Source of the DNA: Klebsormidium nitens
Lineage: Eukaryota > Plantae > Klebsormidiophyceae
DNA length: 64,000 nucleotides
NCBI GenBank assembly: GCA_000708835.1
Contig: DF237134.1
Coordinates: 92,815 to 156,814, forward strand
Direction of reading: 5' to 3'
In this document: positions 26,757 to 37,800 of the stretch, in pieces
Position numbering within the stretch: the stretch's first letter is position 1
Layout of the letters: the number at the start of each line of letters is the position of its first letter
Translations under genes and position numbers: made by a program
The notes under the pieces: generated by a model
Seen by the model: the letters and a program-made list of their open reading frames with translations, nothing else
What the model was told of the DNA's origin: nothing
The model's database searches: none

Positions 26757-27839
26757 AAGATCCACCGCCGTAGAGAAGCTCAGCTAGAGGCACTTCGAGA
26801 GTCTGTCCGCAGCTTGCGCAGAGCTCTCGAGGCGGAGGCGGCGCGCAAAACTAAGGCAGAGGCGGCCGCGAGGCAGGCCCGGTCAGAAAAGAACGTCCTT
26901 CAAGCGCGAGTCACGAGCTTAAGCAAGGATCTTGCCAAAGCACAGAGCGATCTAAAGGAGGCCAGGTCAGAGAACGAAGTCCTAGAAGCAAGGCTTTCAG
27001 CACTAGAGACGGTGACAGCGGAAAAGGAGAGGGAGGGCAAGCAGAGAGTGTCGGCTCTTGAGGAATCTCTGAAGGGCTTCCGCGAGGCGGGCGGGCGATG
27101 CGCGAAGGAGCGCGAGCGATTCTGTTACGTACTCGCATCCAACGGCCAGGAGGGCTCCGTTCCTTGGAGCGCCCTGGCGTCCGATCCGGAGTCGCTGCTT
27201 CACAAGATGTACTGCGGGGAGTGGGACTACGCGCGCGACGAGAAAGGGCGCGCGCTCGTCACCTGCCACCCGCAACGGTGGGCTGCCATCATAGAGCACC
27301 TGGCGACCGGAGCGGTTCCGGCGGAATGGGATCCGCAGCTCCTGGCGCAAGCGCGGCACTGGAACCTGCAGCGCTTGGTGGAAGGCCTCGAGGCTTCGAT
27401 TCCTGGGATGACCGTTACGGCCGACCCAGACTCCAAGGGGTTCAAAGTCCGTTGCGTGTTTGCGTCCGTGATGAAGGAACTGAGCAGTGGCGAGAAGCTG
27501 ATGAAGTATACGTTTTCAGGGCCGCAGAAACGATGGTGGGCCGTGAAATTGACGGAAAAAGGCATTTGCCTTGGTGCTGTTGCGCCTCCGCACGCTGGCA
27601 GTTCCAAGGTAAGCGGGTTACGAGAGATCAGTGCAGTTCTGACGTTTCGAGTAGTTTTGCGGAATGGAGACATGGTGAAGAAATCCGCAGACCCCGTCCT
27701 ATTTTCTGCCGGGAAAGAGGAGGATCGGGGCTTTTTCTGGCAGAGATGGGAGCACGACTTTCATCAGTTAGTCAGCGAACCTTTGGCTCCAGCATACAAT
27801 TGTCTTGTAGTTGAGATAACAGCCCGCTACGTAGACTGA
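26757..27839 (+). CDS. Coiled-coil + KCTD-type BTB/POZ + MATH-like C-terminal domain protein (copy 1; start unresolved)
   Basis: The frame is open from 26757 to 27839. It has heptad-like LEAEAARKTKAEAAARQ..., then BTB-like SALASDPESLLHKMYCGEWDYARDEKGRALV..IIEHLATG..LLAQARHWNLQRLVEGL, then a beta-rich domain. There is no in-frame ATG before 27207 and the 5' region is frame-shifted relative to copy 2. Confidence 0.7.
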   Translation, partial: KIHRRREAQLEALRESVRSLRRALEAEAARKTKAEAAARQARSEKNVLQARVTSLSKDLAKAQSDLKEARSENEVLEARLSALETVTAEKEREGKQRVSALEESLKGFREAGGRCAKERERFCYVLASNGQEGSVPWSALASDPESLLHKMYCGEWDYARDEKGRALVTCHPQRWAAIIEHLATGAVPAEWDPQLLAQARHWNLQRLVEGLEASIPGMTVTADPDSKGFKVRCVFASVMKELSSGEKLMKYTFSGPQKRWWAVKLTEKGICLGAVAPPHAGSSKVSGLREISAVLTFRVVLRNGDMVKKSADPVLFSAGKEEDRGFFWQRWEHDFHQLVSEPLAPAYNCLVVEITARYVD

Positions 27840-28055
27840 GTTGGACAGGCAAAGCACTTTTCTACTGTATTATGACCGAGAAAAGTGATCCATTTGCCTC
27901 GCATAGACCGTTGCAACATGGCGTGTGCCCCTTTGTTGCTTCAGCCAGAGTGACGCGGCATGCTTGTCGGGTTACCTATCATTTTGGTTGCATGCGATTC
28001 CAGATGTATTGTCCTGTGCCAATGAACACATGTACACATACGCGATTGCATCGTT

Positions 28056-28460
28056 TTACGCTTCTCCGAATCCATCGCATCGGAGACTAATTGCAGCAAC
28101 TTGCAAAACCATGCTACCTCCTATCTCATGCTTAATCCACACAAGACTATCAACCTCATAGACTGCGCTCTTCTCGAAAATCACTGCCATGGCCTGCCCT
28201 TGCTCCCTATCACAGGTCCTAATCCTCTGCAGAAAAGAGGCTGCAACCTTCACAAGTGCGCAAAAGAATGAATGCGGGTTGCGCTCAGGCCCTCCTGCTC
28301 TCCTTTTGGTGCCGCATGTCTGCTATACGAGTGAAGCCTCCAGGTCTTGTGATTGGCAGCTGAAAATCAATCGCAAGCTCGTGACATTCTCTGGATGCGA
28401 AGGAGTGCGAAGCGCGCGCAAACTAGAGCATCCAGTCTCAGAGTACGGTTCGCAGGCTCT
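28056..28460 (-). pseudogene. Truncated third copy of the orphan membrane gene (5' region and first exon only)
   Basis: ATG at 28190 gives MAVIFEKS (paralogs: MAAAVERS, MAATIERS). The upstream blocks ctcctgctc and agtgcgaagc are shared with 22800-23020 and 25320-25540. No downstream exons are seen before the 3' end of BTB copy 1. Confidence 0.6.
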
Positions 28461-29552
28461 GCGCCTCGCGGCGCGGCTTGAAGTAGAGGCTGACGCGGCC
28501 GCGCACGCGCAGCCGCTCGGAACAGACTTGGCCCGGCGACCTGCATGCGCGCGCGCGGCTACCACGGGACGCGGCCGGCTTGGCACAGATCGCATAGCCT
28601 GAGCCGTCTCGAAATGTCTTTCATTCACATCACCATTCCTAGAAAGCTGCCTGTTGGTGCAAGTTGCAGCGTCGAACAAGCAGTCGGCAGTCGCTAAAGC
28701 CCAGAGGCTGAGAAGGTAAGGTGCAACCCGAGAGAGGAGCCTGTACGTGATTGTGTACTCTTGTTTTGCATTTGAAAGCTTTCACGATCTCAGGACGTTG
28801 CTTGAAGAACTGTGAATAGAACCAGACTTTTTCTGTGCTCATTTGACCTTCGTCCCTAGTGGCAGCGTGCATTCCTCTGTCAAACTCTTTCAAAGACTTG
28901 CCGCACTTTGAGAGGATGCATCGAGGATGAACAGGTGTTTTTGTTCATAACATCTCCCTTCGTTTAGCCAGAGATCCTTAGAAGGCGAGAACATAATTCA
29001 GACGCAACTTCAAACCAGAGATTTCTGCTTGAGGCTTTGTTTTGAGCCTCTTATAATTCCTTCGAGAAGACTTGTCCTGGTCAAAAAATGGTATGTAAGG
29101 TAGTTGTCGAGAAAAGCACCAGAAGGAGCTCCTGACCCACTGATCCTCAAGTAAAAGAATTATCTTGAAAGATAGTCGCGGCGAAGGTCTTGATTGTATG
29201 ATATATTGTGAGAGTCACAGTGCTTTGGTCACTTTATTTTCTACTTAGTGCACTTCCTGTAATACATCTGTATTCAACTTTGCTTGCGCTTCCCACCTCC
29301 CTTTCCACCTCCCGACTTTGCTGACCTTTCAATTTTCTGCCTACAAACGGGCCAGCTAGGATGCGATCTGACATGGGAACAAAAGAGAGGTGTGGTCTTC
29401 ATTCCGTCGTTTAGGAAGAAGATAAAGTCGCTTCTGAGCAACAACTTACAACTTGTAGCAGGACTAGCCGTTGAAAGGTCGTCGTATCTCAGAAGACGAA
29501 GTAGGAGAGTTCGAGGGCAAGCCTAAACACAGGTCAATGCGCTCCTTTGCAG

Positions 29553-30782
29553 ATGGCACTCAGACCAGCGACAAGCCATTACCAATTCTTCAAGAATCTG
29601 ATGGTGGCCATGGGGTGCTCACCATATGAGCAAGAGTCTTCGTCTACTCGCGATCGCTCTCTTTCTGACGTGCTAGAAGCAGCATTACCAGAAAGGGTGC
29701 AGAGATTAGCCCTTTAAGGAAATAGCGCCGGAGAGAGCGCGGAAAACGCTGAGCTAGAGGCGCTTCGAACGGCTGTCGGCAGCTCGCGCAAAGCTCTCGA
29801 TGCGGAGGTGACGCGCGCGACGGAGGCAGAGGCGGCCGCGAAGCAGGCCCAGTCAGAGAACGAAGCCCTTCAAGCGCGAGTCACGAGCTTAAGCAAGGAG
29901 CTTGCGAAAGCACAGAGCGATGTAAATGAACTCCGGTCAGAGAACGAGGTTCTTCAAGCGACGCTTTCAGCGCTGGAGACGGTGATAGCAGAAAGGGAGA
30001 GGCAGAGCAAGCTGAGAGTGTAGGCTCTTGAGGAATCTCTGAAGGGCTTTCACGAGGCGGGCGGGCGATGCGCGAAGGAGCGCGAGCGATTCTCTTACGT
30101 ACTCGCATCCAACGGCCAGGAGGGCTCCGTTCCTTGGAGCGTCCTGGCGTTTGATCCGGAGTCGCTCCTGTACAAGATGTACTGCGGGGAGTGGGACTAT
30201 GCGCGCGACGAGAAAGGGCGCGCGCTCGTGACCTGCCACCCGCAACGGTGGGCTGCCATCATAGAGCACCTGGCGACCGGAGCAGTTCCGGCGGAATGGG
30301 ATGCGCAGCTCCTGGCGCAAGCGCGGCACTGGAACCTGCGACGTTTGGTGGAAGGCCTCGAGGCTTCCATCCCTGGAGTCACCGTCACAGCCGATTCAGA
30401 CTCCAAAGGGTTTAAGGCACGTTGCGTTTTTGTATCCGTGATGAAGGGACTGAGCAGTGGCGAGAAGGTGATGAAATATAAGTTTGCAGGGCCTGAAGGT
30501 CGATGGTGGTCAGCAGAAGTGATGGAAAATGGCATTTATCTCCGATCTGTCAAGCCTCCGTGCGGTGGCGACTCGAAAGTGAGTGAGTTGGAGGAAATCA
30601 GCACACAGTTGACGTTTCGGATAGTTTTGCGGAACGAGGAGATTGTAAGGACAACAAAAGATCCTCATTCATATGCTGCTGGAAAAGAATCGGATTGGGG
30701 CTTTAGCTGGAAACACGGATATCAACAGTTAGTCAGCGAGCCTTTAGCTCCAGCTCATATGACAATCTTGTTCTCGAGATAG
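29553..30782 (+). pseudogene. Coiled-coil-BTB-MATH-like gene copy 2, disrupted
   Basis: One frame runs from ATG 29553 with in-frame TAA at 29715-29717 and TAG at 30021-30023 (TCG/Ser in copy 1). A frameshift near 30760 is seen relative to copy 1's ...LVVEITARY end. The BTB region is nearly identical to copy 1. Confidence 0.8.
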
Positions 30783-31358
30783 CAGCTCGCTACAAAGTGT
30801 GAGTTGGAAAAGCATGGCAATTTCCATGACCCATCCAAACCAAGGAATAATCTTCCAGTTGCATGCCTTGCAGAAATATTGTTGCATACGCTGGCATATG
30901 AATTGCTTTTCTTTCAGTCTAAGAGACGCAGTGCAGGCTTGTCGGGTAACTCGTCCTTTCTGGTTGCACGCGTTGCAGCTTGTTGCCCTGTGCCAATGAA
31001 GACACACACGGAAGATACAAACTTGCATATCATTTTGTGCACTCTCAGCCAAATCATTGCATTGGATACTGGCTACACGTACAGCATGCAACTTGCAACT
31101 TCATGCTAGCTTTTTGCACCGCTCTAATGATATCGAAACTAGGGCTTATTTCGAGACTCTGACGGATACTTGTCTACAGGAGCATGATCATCTTTGGATA
31201 AGCTGTGTTTATTAAATTCCCCGTCACTTCTCAGATTGCTAGTCTGGATGAACGAGGCTCCTAAGACACCTCATTTTGAAACTTCCCGGGCCGTTCGTCG
31301 CAGGTATGGTTTGTAAGTAACTTCGATAGTCGAGAAGCACCGGGAACTGCCATGCGCA

Positions 31359-33752
31359 TCATGTCATCATGGTTTTGAATTCCTCGTAGTCGATGAAGCC
31401 GGATCCGTCCAAATCTGTTTCCTTGATCAGCTGCTCTATGTCGATCGTAAGCCCAAAATCCTGCAAGCATCGAGAAGTGATAATCTTGCAAAGGTATCCG
31501 GGTAGCGGTTCTGAAGTATCCTGCAGCAGGAATCCGGGACAGGCTCCAAAGGTCCGCCACGTGTCAACGCAGAGTTCTATATCTCAAGCTATTGCGCAAG
31601 CATGATAGAAAGGCGTTTTGACCATTCGATAGCATCAGGCGTGGCCTGTTAAAATCAGATTGACAGACCCGTACCCTGTAGATTGAGGTCGGCAGAGCCT
31701 GCTTTCTTGGTTTTGAGTCAAAAGTCGGTCCTCTGGACAACTATTTCTCGTCTCGTGGGGCGCCGCACAGGCTTTGGGGACCCAGTGAGTATTCAAGTCT
31801 CGTTGTTTGCTCAGAATTCAGGCTGAAATTCCTTTTACAGACTCTACTTGCCATCGGTGCCGTAAATCAGAGGGCTGCCTTTCAACCATAATAGGACAAG
31901 CAAGGCCTTGCTCCAGGCACATTTATGAGTGCTGTTGTTTTGCAAGCGAAGCACGATTAGATGCTCACCTTAATCACGGCTCGCAGCTTTTCCGTCGAGA
32001 TTTGCCCGCGCTTGTCGGACTGCAAGTAGGGCGAAGCAAACGCTTTGACTTCTGCTACGACGCATCTCGAGGGAAAAAAAGATTCTCAGAGGAAGCCTCT
32101 AACAAGAGCAATAGTTTAAGCGGCCTTCTACCAAGCATATGGGTAAAGTCTGGCTCGTTGCCATCTTATCCGGCGTGTAGTTTCTTTGCCGAACAAACGG
32201 AGAATTGAGTGCATAGGAATCAAAATCTAGCAGCTTCGAATCTGTTCAAAAAAGTTCCTGCTTTCCATAACTTTGACTGCAGATCCTCAAGATTGCTGAT
32301 AATGACAGCGTTTCAAGCTGCTTCGTCTGAAACAAGCAAGCCGTAGTGGAGCGAGGGTGAAACTTAGAAGAGCGGGTAGCTTTTTCCACAACTGTACGAC
32401 AGGTGCTTGATACGCCTTGTTTCAAGAGAGCCACTTCGCTTTCGTTGGTTGAAACGGTTTATCAGACCCGAAAGAGGACGTTCGCGCTCGAGAAACCCTC
32501 CTTACCTCGCCTCCAAGTGCAATAAAAGCGTCCAACGTGTCCGTCTCGTCGCCCATGGCTGCAAGCACCTTCTTCTGATTCTCAATCACCTGCAATTGGG
32601 GTACAATGAAGCGTGAACATTGACTACAAAGAACCAATGCTCCTTTGCAGGACTGAACGTCGGCAGAAAGGTTGTGCAATATAGCTGGCACAAACCTTGA
32701 TGCAGCAGGTTTAGAGCGCCTCTGCTGAACTCTCACCATTCCTTTCAAGAATAGAATCTGCGCAGGGAGCAATGAAAGCTGATAGGAAGCCGGAATCTGA
32801 TCAAAGCAGACCATTTCTGCCATCCTGGCCAAATCTGAAGTCGCTCATCTCTTCGCGTTATACACCTGCTTCCATCGTTGGGGGGCTTCTTTTGTCCATA
32901 TCATCACAGATTACGAGCTCTCTACCACACGCTGCCAAGACAACTTCTCCATAGCTACCGATCGATATCCAGACACGTCTTTACTGCCACTATGTCGAAT
33001 CCTTGTCAAAGGCATGCAGACCGACGACCAAGCAGTAGCAGGGGGCGCACCTTGAGAAACTCGGGGAACTCGATCTCCCCGCTGTTGTCTTCATCCACCT
33101 GCGCAATCATGAGGAAGAGCTCCTCGTCCGTTGGTTTCTGCCCCAGTGCCTCTAGGGTAGCCCGCAGCTCCGTGGCATCAATTGTGCCACTCCCTGTGCA
33201 CACATTAGCGAGGATCAGCCTTTACTTTGCTGAGGTCAGACAGTCGGAGATTGCTCTGAAAGCTGTAGACTGGCGTTAACAGCATTGTTTGCAACGGGGG
33301 TGGTGGCCAACATGTGCTTGGGCCAACATTTGCCCAGCTTGAGCACGAAGCTCAAAGGTTTTGGCACTTCGTGACCATGTTCTCTTCAAAACAGCGCAAC
33401 GTCTTTAGTGCCTCACATTGTATATTGCTCGCCTTTTCTAAGTAAACTCTGTCAATCTTATAGGGAGATTGCACCGTCGATGTACGGAGCATTGGGCACT
33501 TGAGTACAGAACTTTGTCAACGTGGTGGTGGAGCTTCTCATCTCAGAATCTTGCAGTGGAATAGTGCTTGTAGTCCAACATCAGCCACTTAAGAAGCGGC
33601 CTTTTAAGCCCCTTCTTGACTTGTTCCTGATCCGGTCCCCGTCTAGTACTTTTAGCACGTGTTATTGAGCATTAATCATCGTTGAGCTCACCATCCCTGT
33701 CGAATCTGCTGAACGCCTCCCTGCATCCGTCTATCTCAGCCTGAGTCAGCAT
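31359..33752 (-). CDS. LC4: Calmodulin-like EF-hand protein, outer-arm dynein light chain 4 (LC4/DLE1-type), 146 aa
   Basis: complement(join(31359..31460,31969..32019,32506..32589,33051..33193,33692..33752)). EF-hands DRDGSGTIDATE, DEDNSGEIEFPE and DLDGSGFIDYEE. The DETDTLDAFIALGG motif matches my recollection of Chlamydomonas LC4 (DEADTLDAFVALGG). Confidence 0.85.
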
Positions 33753-34899
33753 GACTCTCTCGTCCAGGCACTGTTTGAATGTCAAGCCTTTTAAAGCATA
33801 CACAGCTTTTCTAAATGTGTGCTTGTCTTTTCAGGTGTCTGTGATGCAAATGTTTGTATCACTAGCACCAGGACTTTGGGGCCCAATCCCATCCAGATGA
33901 AGTTCGATCCACCATCATAGTGGGAAAATGATCATCACTTCAGCTGGCACTGCCACTGGCAAACGTTCTTTGAGCTCGATCCGCCTTTTTCCTCGCTTTG
34001 CCCCTCGTTTGATTTGGTCAAAGTAGAGTCCTGCTTCTTGCAGCGCTGGTCCTTGCAGCTGTAGCCAACACTGGCAAAGTGTGCAGCTCCTTCTGGCAGG
34101 TTCTTAGTTCTTACGCTCATTGAGGGAGGAAGATGAGTCCTCAACTTTGAGCTTTCTTGTCAAGGGAGTGCTCAGCTCACTGGAGGAGATGAGGGCGCTT
34201 CATAGAGAGCGAAACGCCGAAAGAAGGGAAGCCTACCCTAGCGAGGCCAGCTTTCTATGTTTACGTCACGCTCAACCTAGTGGCCATATGGGCGATCGTG
34301 GTATACTCAGAAGCAGATTGAAAGTTTAATTCGAGGTAAGTACCCGACAGGTACTGAGTCCTGACTCGGACTCAACCAGCTTAGTAGGTGTACGGTCGGG
34401 CGGACCGTCGTTGTACATCGACTAATAAACACCGGCGCGTATACATCCCTCCACAATGTTGTATGCGCGCGTGGAAAACCGATGAAGTCGCAGCATCGTT
34501 CGATGCAGATCTGACGATCCTAAGGCGCCAAAGGGCCCTGATAGCGGCTTCTGGCAAGTTGACCACCTGCACCAGGCTGAGGCTCGTGGCAGTGGAGGCC
34601 ATCATTCTTCGCTAGCTCGTTTGCAAAGTTCATCTGCTCAGCAGCTGCTTGACGATCTCAGATCGATGTTCACAGGTTCCTGCTCTTTCAACGATCACTT
34701 CTGTAACCATTCACAAATGGCTGCTTCATTTCTCACAGTAAGTTAGCACTGCATGGAATTGAGGAAGAGCTTTTCTAACGTGGGCGCAAAAATTAGCTTC
34801 AGCATTGGAAAAGCTTGATGAAGAAGTAGTTGTGACATTATTGGTAGCAAGCAGCAGGAAAGCAATTGCATTCCTCTTGGTATTGGGGTCGTCTTCCAC

Positions 34900-37800
34900 A
34901 TGGCATCCAAGCCAGATGCAAAGAAACATTCGCGATCTTTTCAAGACATTGGTGAGTGCTTCTGTCCACTTCCCTACAGCACATGGACAGGTCACCTCAA
35001 GAAGTGTGTTTCAATCTCAGTTCATTGTGCACTGGACAGCTTGATTGTTCTGCAAGCTCTGGGTGGTTGCTCATAGACCTGCTATTTCTCCTCCATTTTT
35101 GTGCAATTCAATCATAAGCACGCTCCACTTATTGAAGGGCTTGAGCTCTTGGATTTCCAAGCTCATATTCTGAGCAAACACTTAGCGGTTGCTGGGGGAA
35201 TGAGGACAACAAATTCTGGGGCGACACTGGGCGCTTTGCAGAGACCCAAAAACAACGCTGGAGAACAACACCACCCCTGCGAACAATCACAGCTTGGTAT
35301 GACGCTGAACAATCAGTGGCACTACGGCAGCAAGTTGGTTCTGATTGAGTTTCTCGTATTTGTGCAGTCTTTGGGTTTGGCCCTGAGCCTGGCACCCCAC
35401 TCGGCCCGATCCCTCAAAAAGCAGAGGCCCCGAGTGATGGACAGGAAGAGGTGGTGGAGGAATGCACCGTGACGCACCGCTATGTGGACAATGACGGCGC
35501 CAAGATCCACTTTGTGGAGTGTGGCAAGCGAGGCGCACACCTGGTGAGCGCTGATTAAAAATCACTGACATGCAAGTGGTTGTGAGTGGACGTTGCGGAC
35601 TGCGGTGCAATCCAAGGGGCAGGGGTCGCGGACTTGATTTTGAAGGAATCTGGTCATGCATGTCTGCTGATGTAGGGAACTGGGGAGTATGGTTACGAGT
35701 CTAAAAGAGCGAGCAAGAGTAGTTCAAGGAGGATGGACAAGAGCACAGTGTATGAAGCCGTCTCCATGTTGAAACGTGGGGGCCCTGCTGACTTCTCTTT
35801 TTGGTGAACCTTGCAGAGCTCCTCACCACTGTTCAGTGAGCACAGAAGTTAGACCTGGCCTGCCTGACTCAAATCCTTCAAAAGTCTGGTGATCCACGCG
35901 GGTTGCTTCTGCAGAAAGTGCTGTGTTTCAAGCCGAAACTACGGCGCGAACGAAATGAGTCTACATAATATGATTTCTGGCATCTTACAGATTCGAGACA
36001 CTCCATTTTGGTACAGGTCTTGCTCATACACGGGTTCCCCGAGTTCTGGTACAGCTGGCTGTACCAATTCAAGCCCCTCTCAGACGCCGGTTATCACGTC
36101 GTCGCCGTGGACTGTCGAGGCTATGGCTGGTCCGCCAAGCCTGCAGCGGTGCGAGAGTACAGCATGAGTAAAGTGACCAGCGATCTTTTGAGGGTTGTGG
36201 ACACGGTGGCGCCGGGGCGGAGGTGCACCATAGTAAGTACCGGTCGAGAAGGGATTGTCTCATGGTGCTTGCCTGTGCAGCTTTGAGTGACACTATTTTG
36301 AAACAGGATTCGCCCAACTCCGAAACACGTTGCCGAGCTTCTGACGAGGACAAGCAACGATGGGGCTGGTCTGAATATCAATTCGAACTTATGGAGATAC
36401 AATCTGCGCCTCTCTCTTCTGGAGCAGCTTCTCCGATCGCAGCTGAGAGACAAAAGAGAGGAGTACGTCGCCATCAAGCATGCATGTCGCGTCCGGAGTT
36501 AGCCCCCTTCATATCTGCAATCGAGACCTTCGCGTCTCTTTACTTCGTCAATATCACAACTGATGAGTGGCTGAAAGTTCAGGCAGACAGCGTAATTCAC
36601 AGCCCCACTAAGGCTGATCTTCGTTGAGGGAAGGAGTGACCGCACAACGGAAGACCGAACGACACATCATTCGAAACTACTTGCGACTCTTGTTGTCGCA
36701 GGTGGGTCACGACAGGGGCGGCCGCTTCTTGTGGGCTTCCTGACGCTCGATCAGTCAGATAAGATAAATCTAACTGACAAAACATCTGGCTTTCAAAGGA
36801 AGGGGAGAGACAACAAGGCAAAAGAGAAGCCCGAAAGGCACGTCCATCTCAAGCTTCTCTTTCTGCTGACGTCTCAGGTGGGTCACGACTGGGGCGGCCG
36901 CGTCTTGTGGGGCTTCCTGACGCTCCACGCGCAGCGCGTGCTCCAGGCGGTCGTCCTGAACGCGCCGCACCCTGTGACCATGGCCAAAGCACTCATGAGC
37001 AACCCGCGGCAATTACAGAAGAGCTGGTACATAGGTGGGTCTACCGTTCAGATTTTAGGCACAGAATAGGGTCTGTTGTGGACTTTGAAGGGTTTCCCAC
37101 CGTTCTGTTTGAATACGACCGCCCTTGGGTATCCTTGCGGATGCCCTGGTCACCCGAGCAAGATTTGAATCTGTTTGAAAAAATCTGGCCCTGTCTCTTT
37201 CTTCAATGAAAGAGTCGATAAGAAAGACATGACTTGGCGACTGATTTGACAGCGGGATCGCATCTACTCGTGCTTATATTGCAAAGTCGAGACGAAGACC
37301 AGTTCAAAGGTTGTCACGGATGACATTGCGTCCCGCTCAAGTATCTGTGCCCCAAAACCCGATGCAAAGGTTTGAATGCTTCGCTTTGTCGGCCGTGTCT
37401 AGAACTGCAGGCTTCCATAACGTGCCGTGTCGAAGGACCTCCCTCCCTTTTTATATGCTGCTTATCCCCTCCCTCTTTCTTTTCCTTTTTCTCTTGCCCC
37501 TCGGGAGGGAAGATGGGCACCCCCTTCGGGAAGGGTTCCCCTCGGAACCACACCGTCCTGGGGGTTCAAAGCCTTGCTTAAAACCGACCGGGTTATGCTC
37601 CCGACCACCCCCTGTTATGAAACGTCAAAAAGCAATCAATAGAGTGACGTCGCTCACTCTTGGATGAGGTCCCAGTCCTCATCACGACTGTCGTGCTGCA
37701 GGTTTCTTCCAGATGGCGCGCTTGGCTGAGCACCACTTGTCGAAGCAGAGGTAAACTCTTGATCCGGAACCGGAACTTGCATGACGTGATTCTTTCGTCC

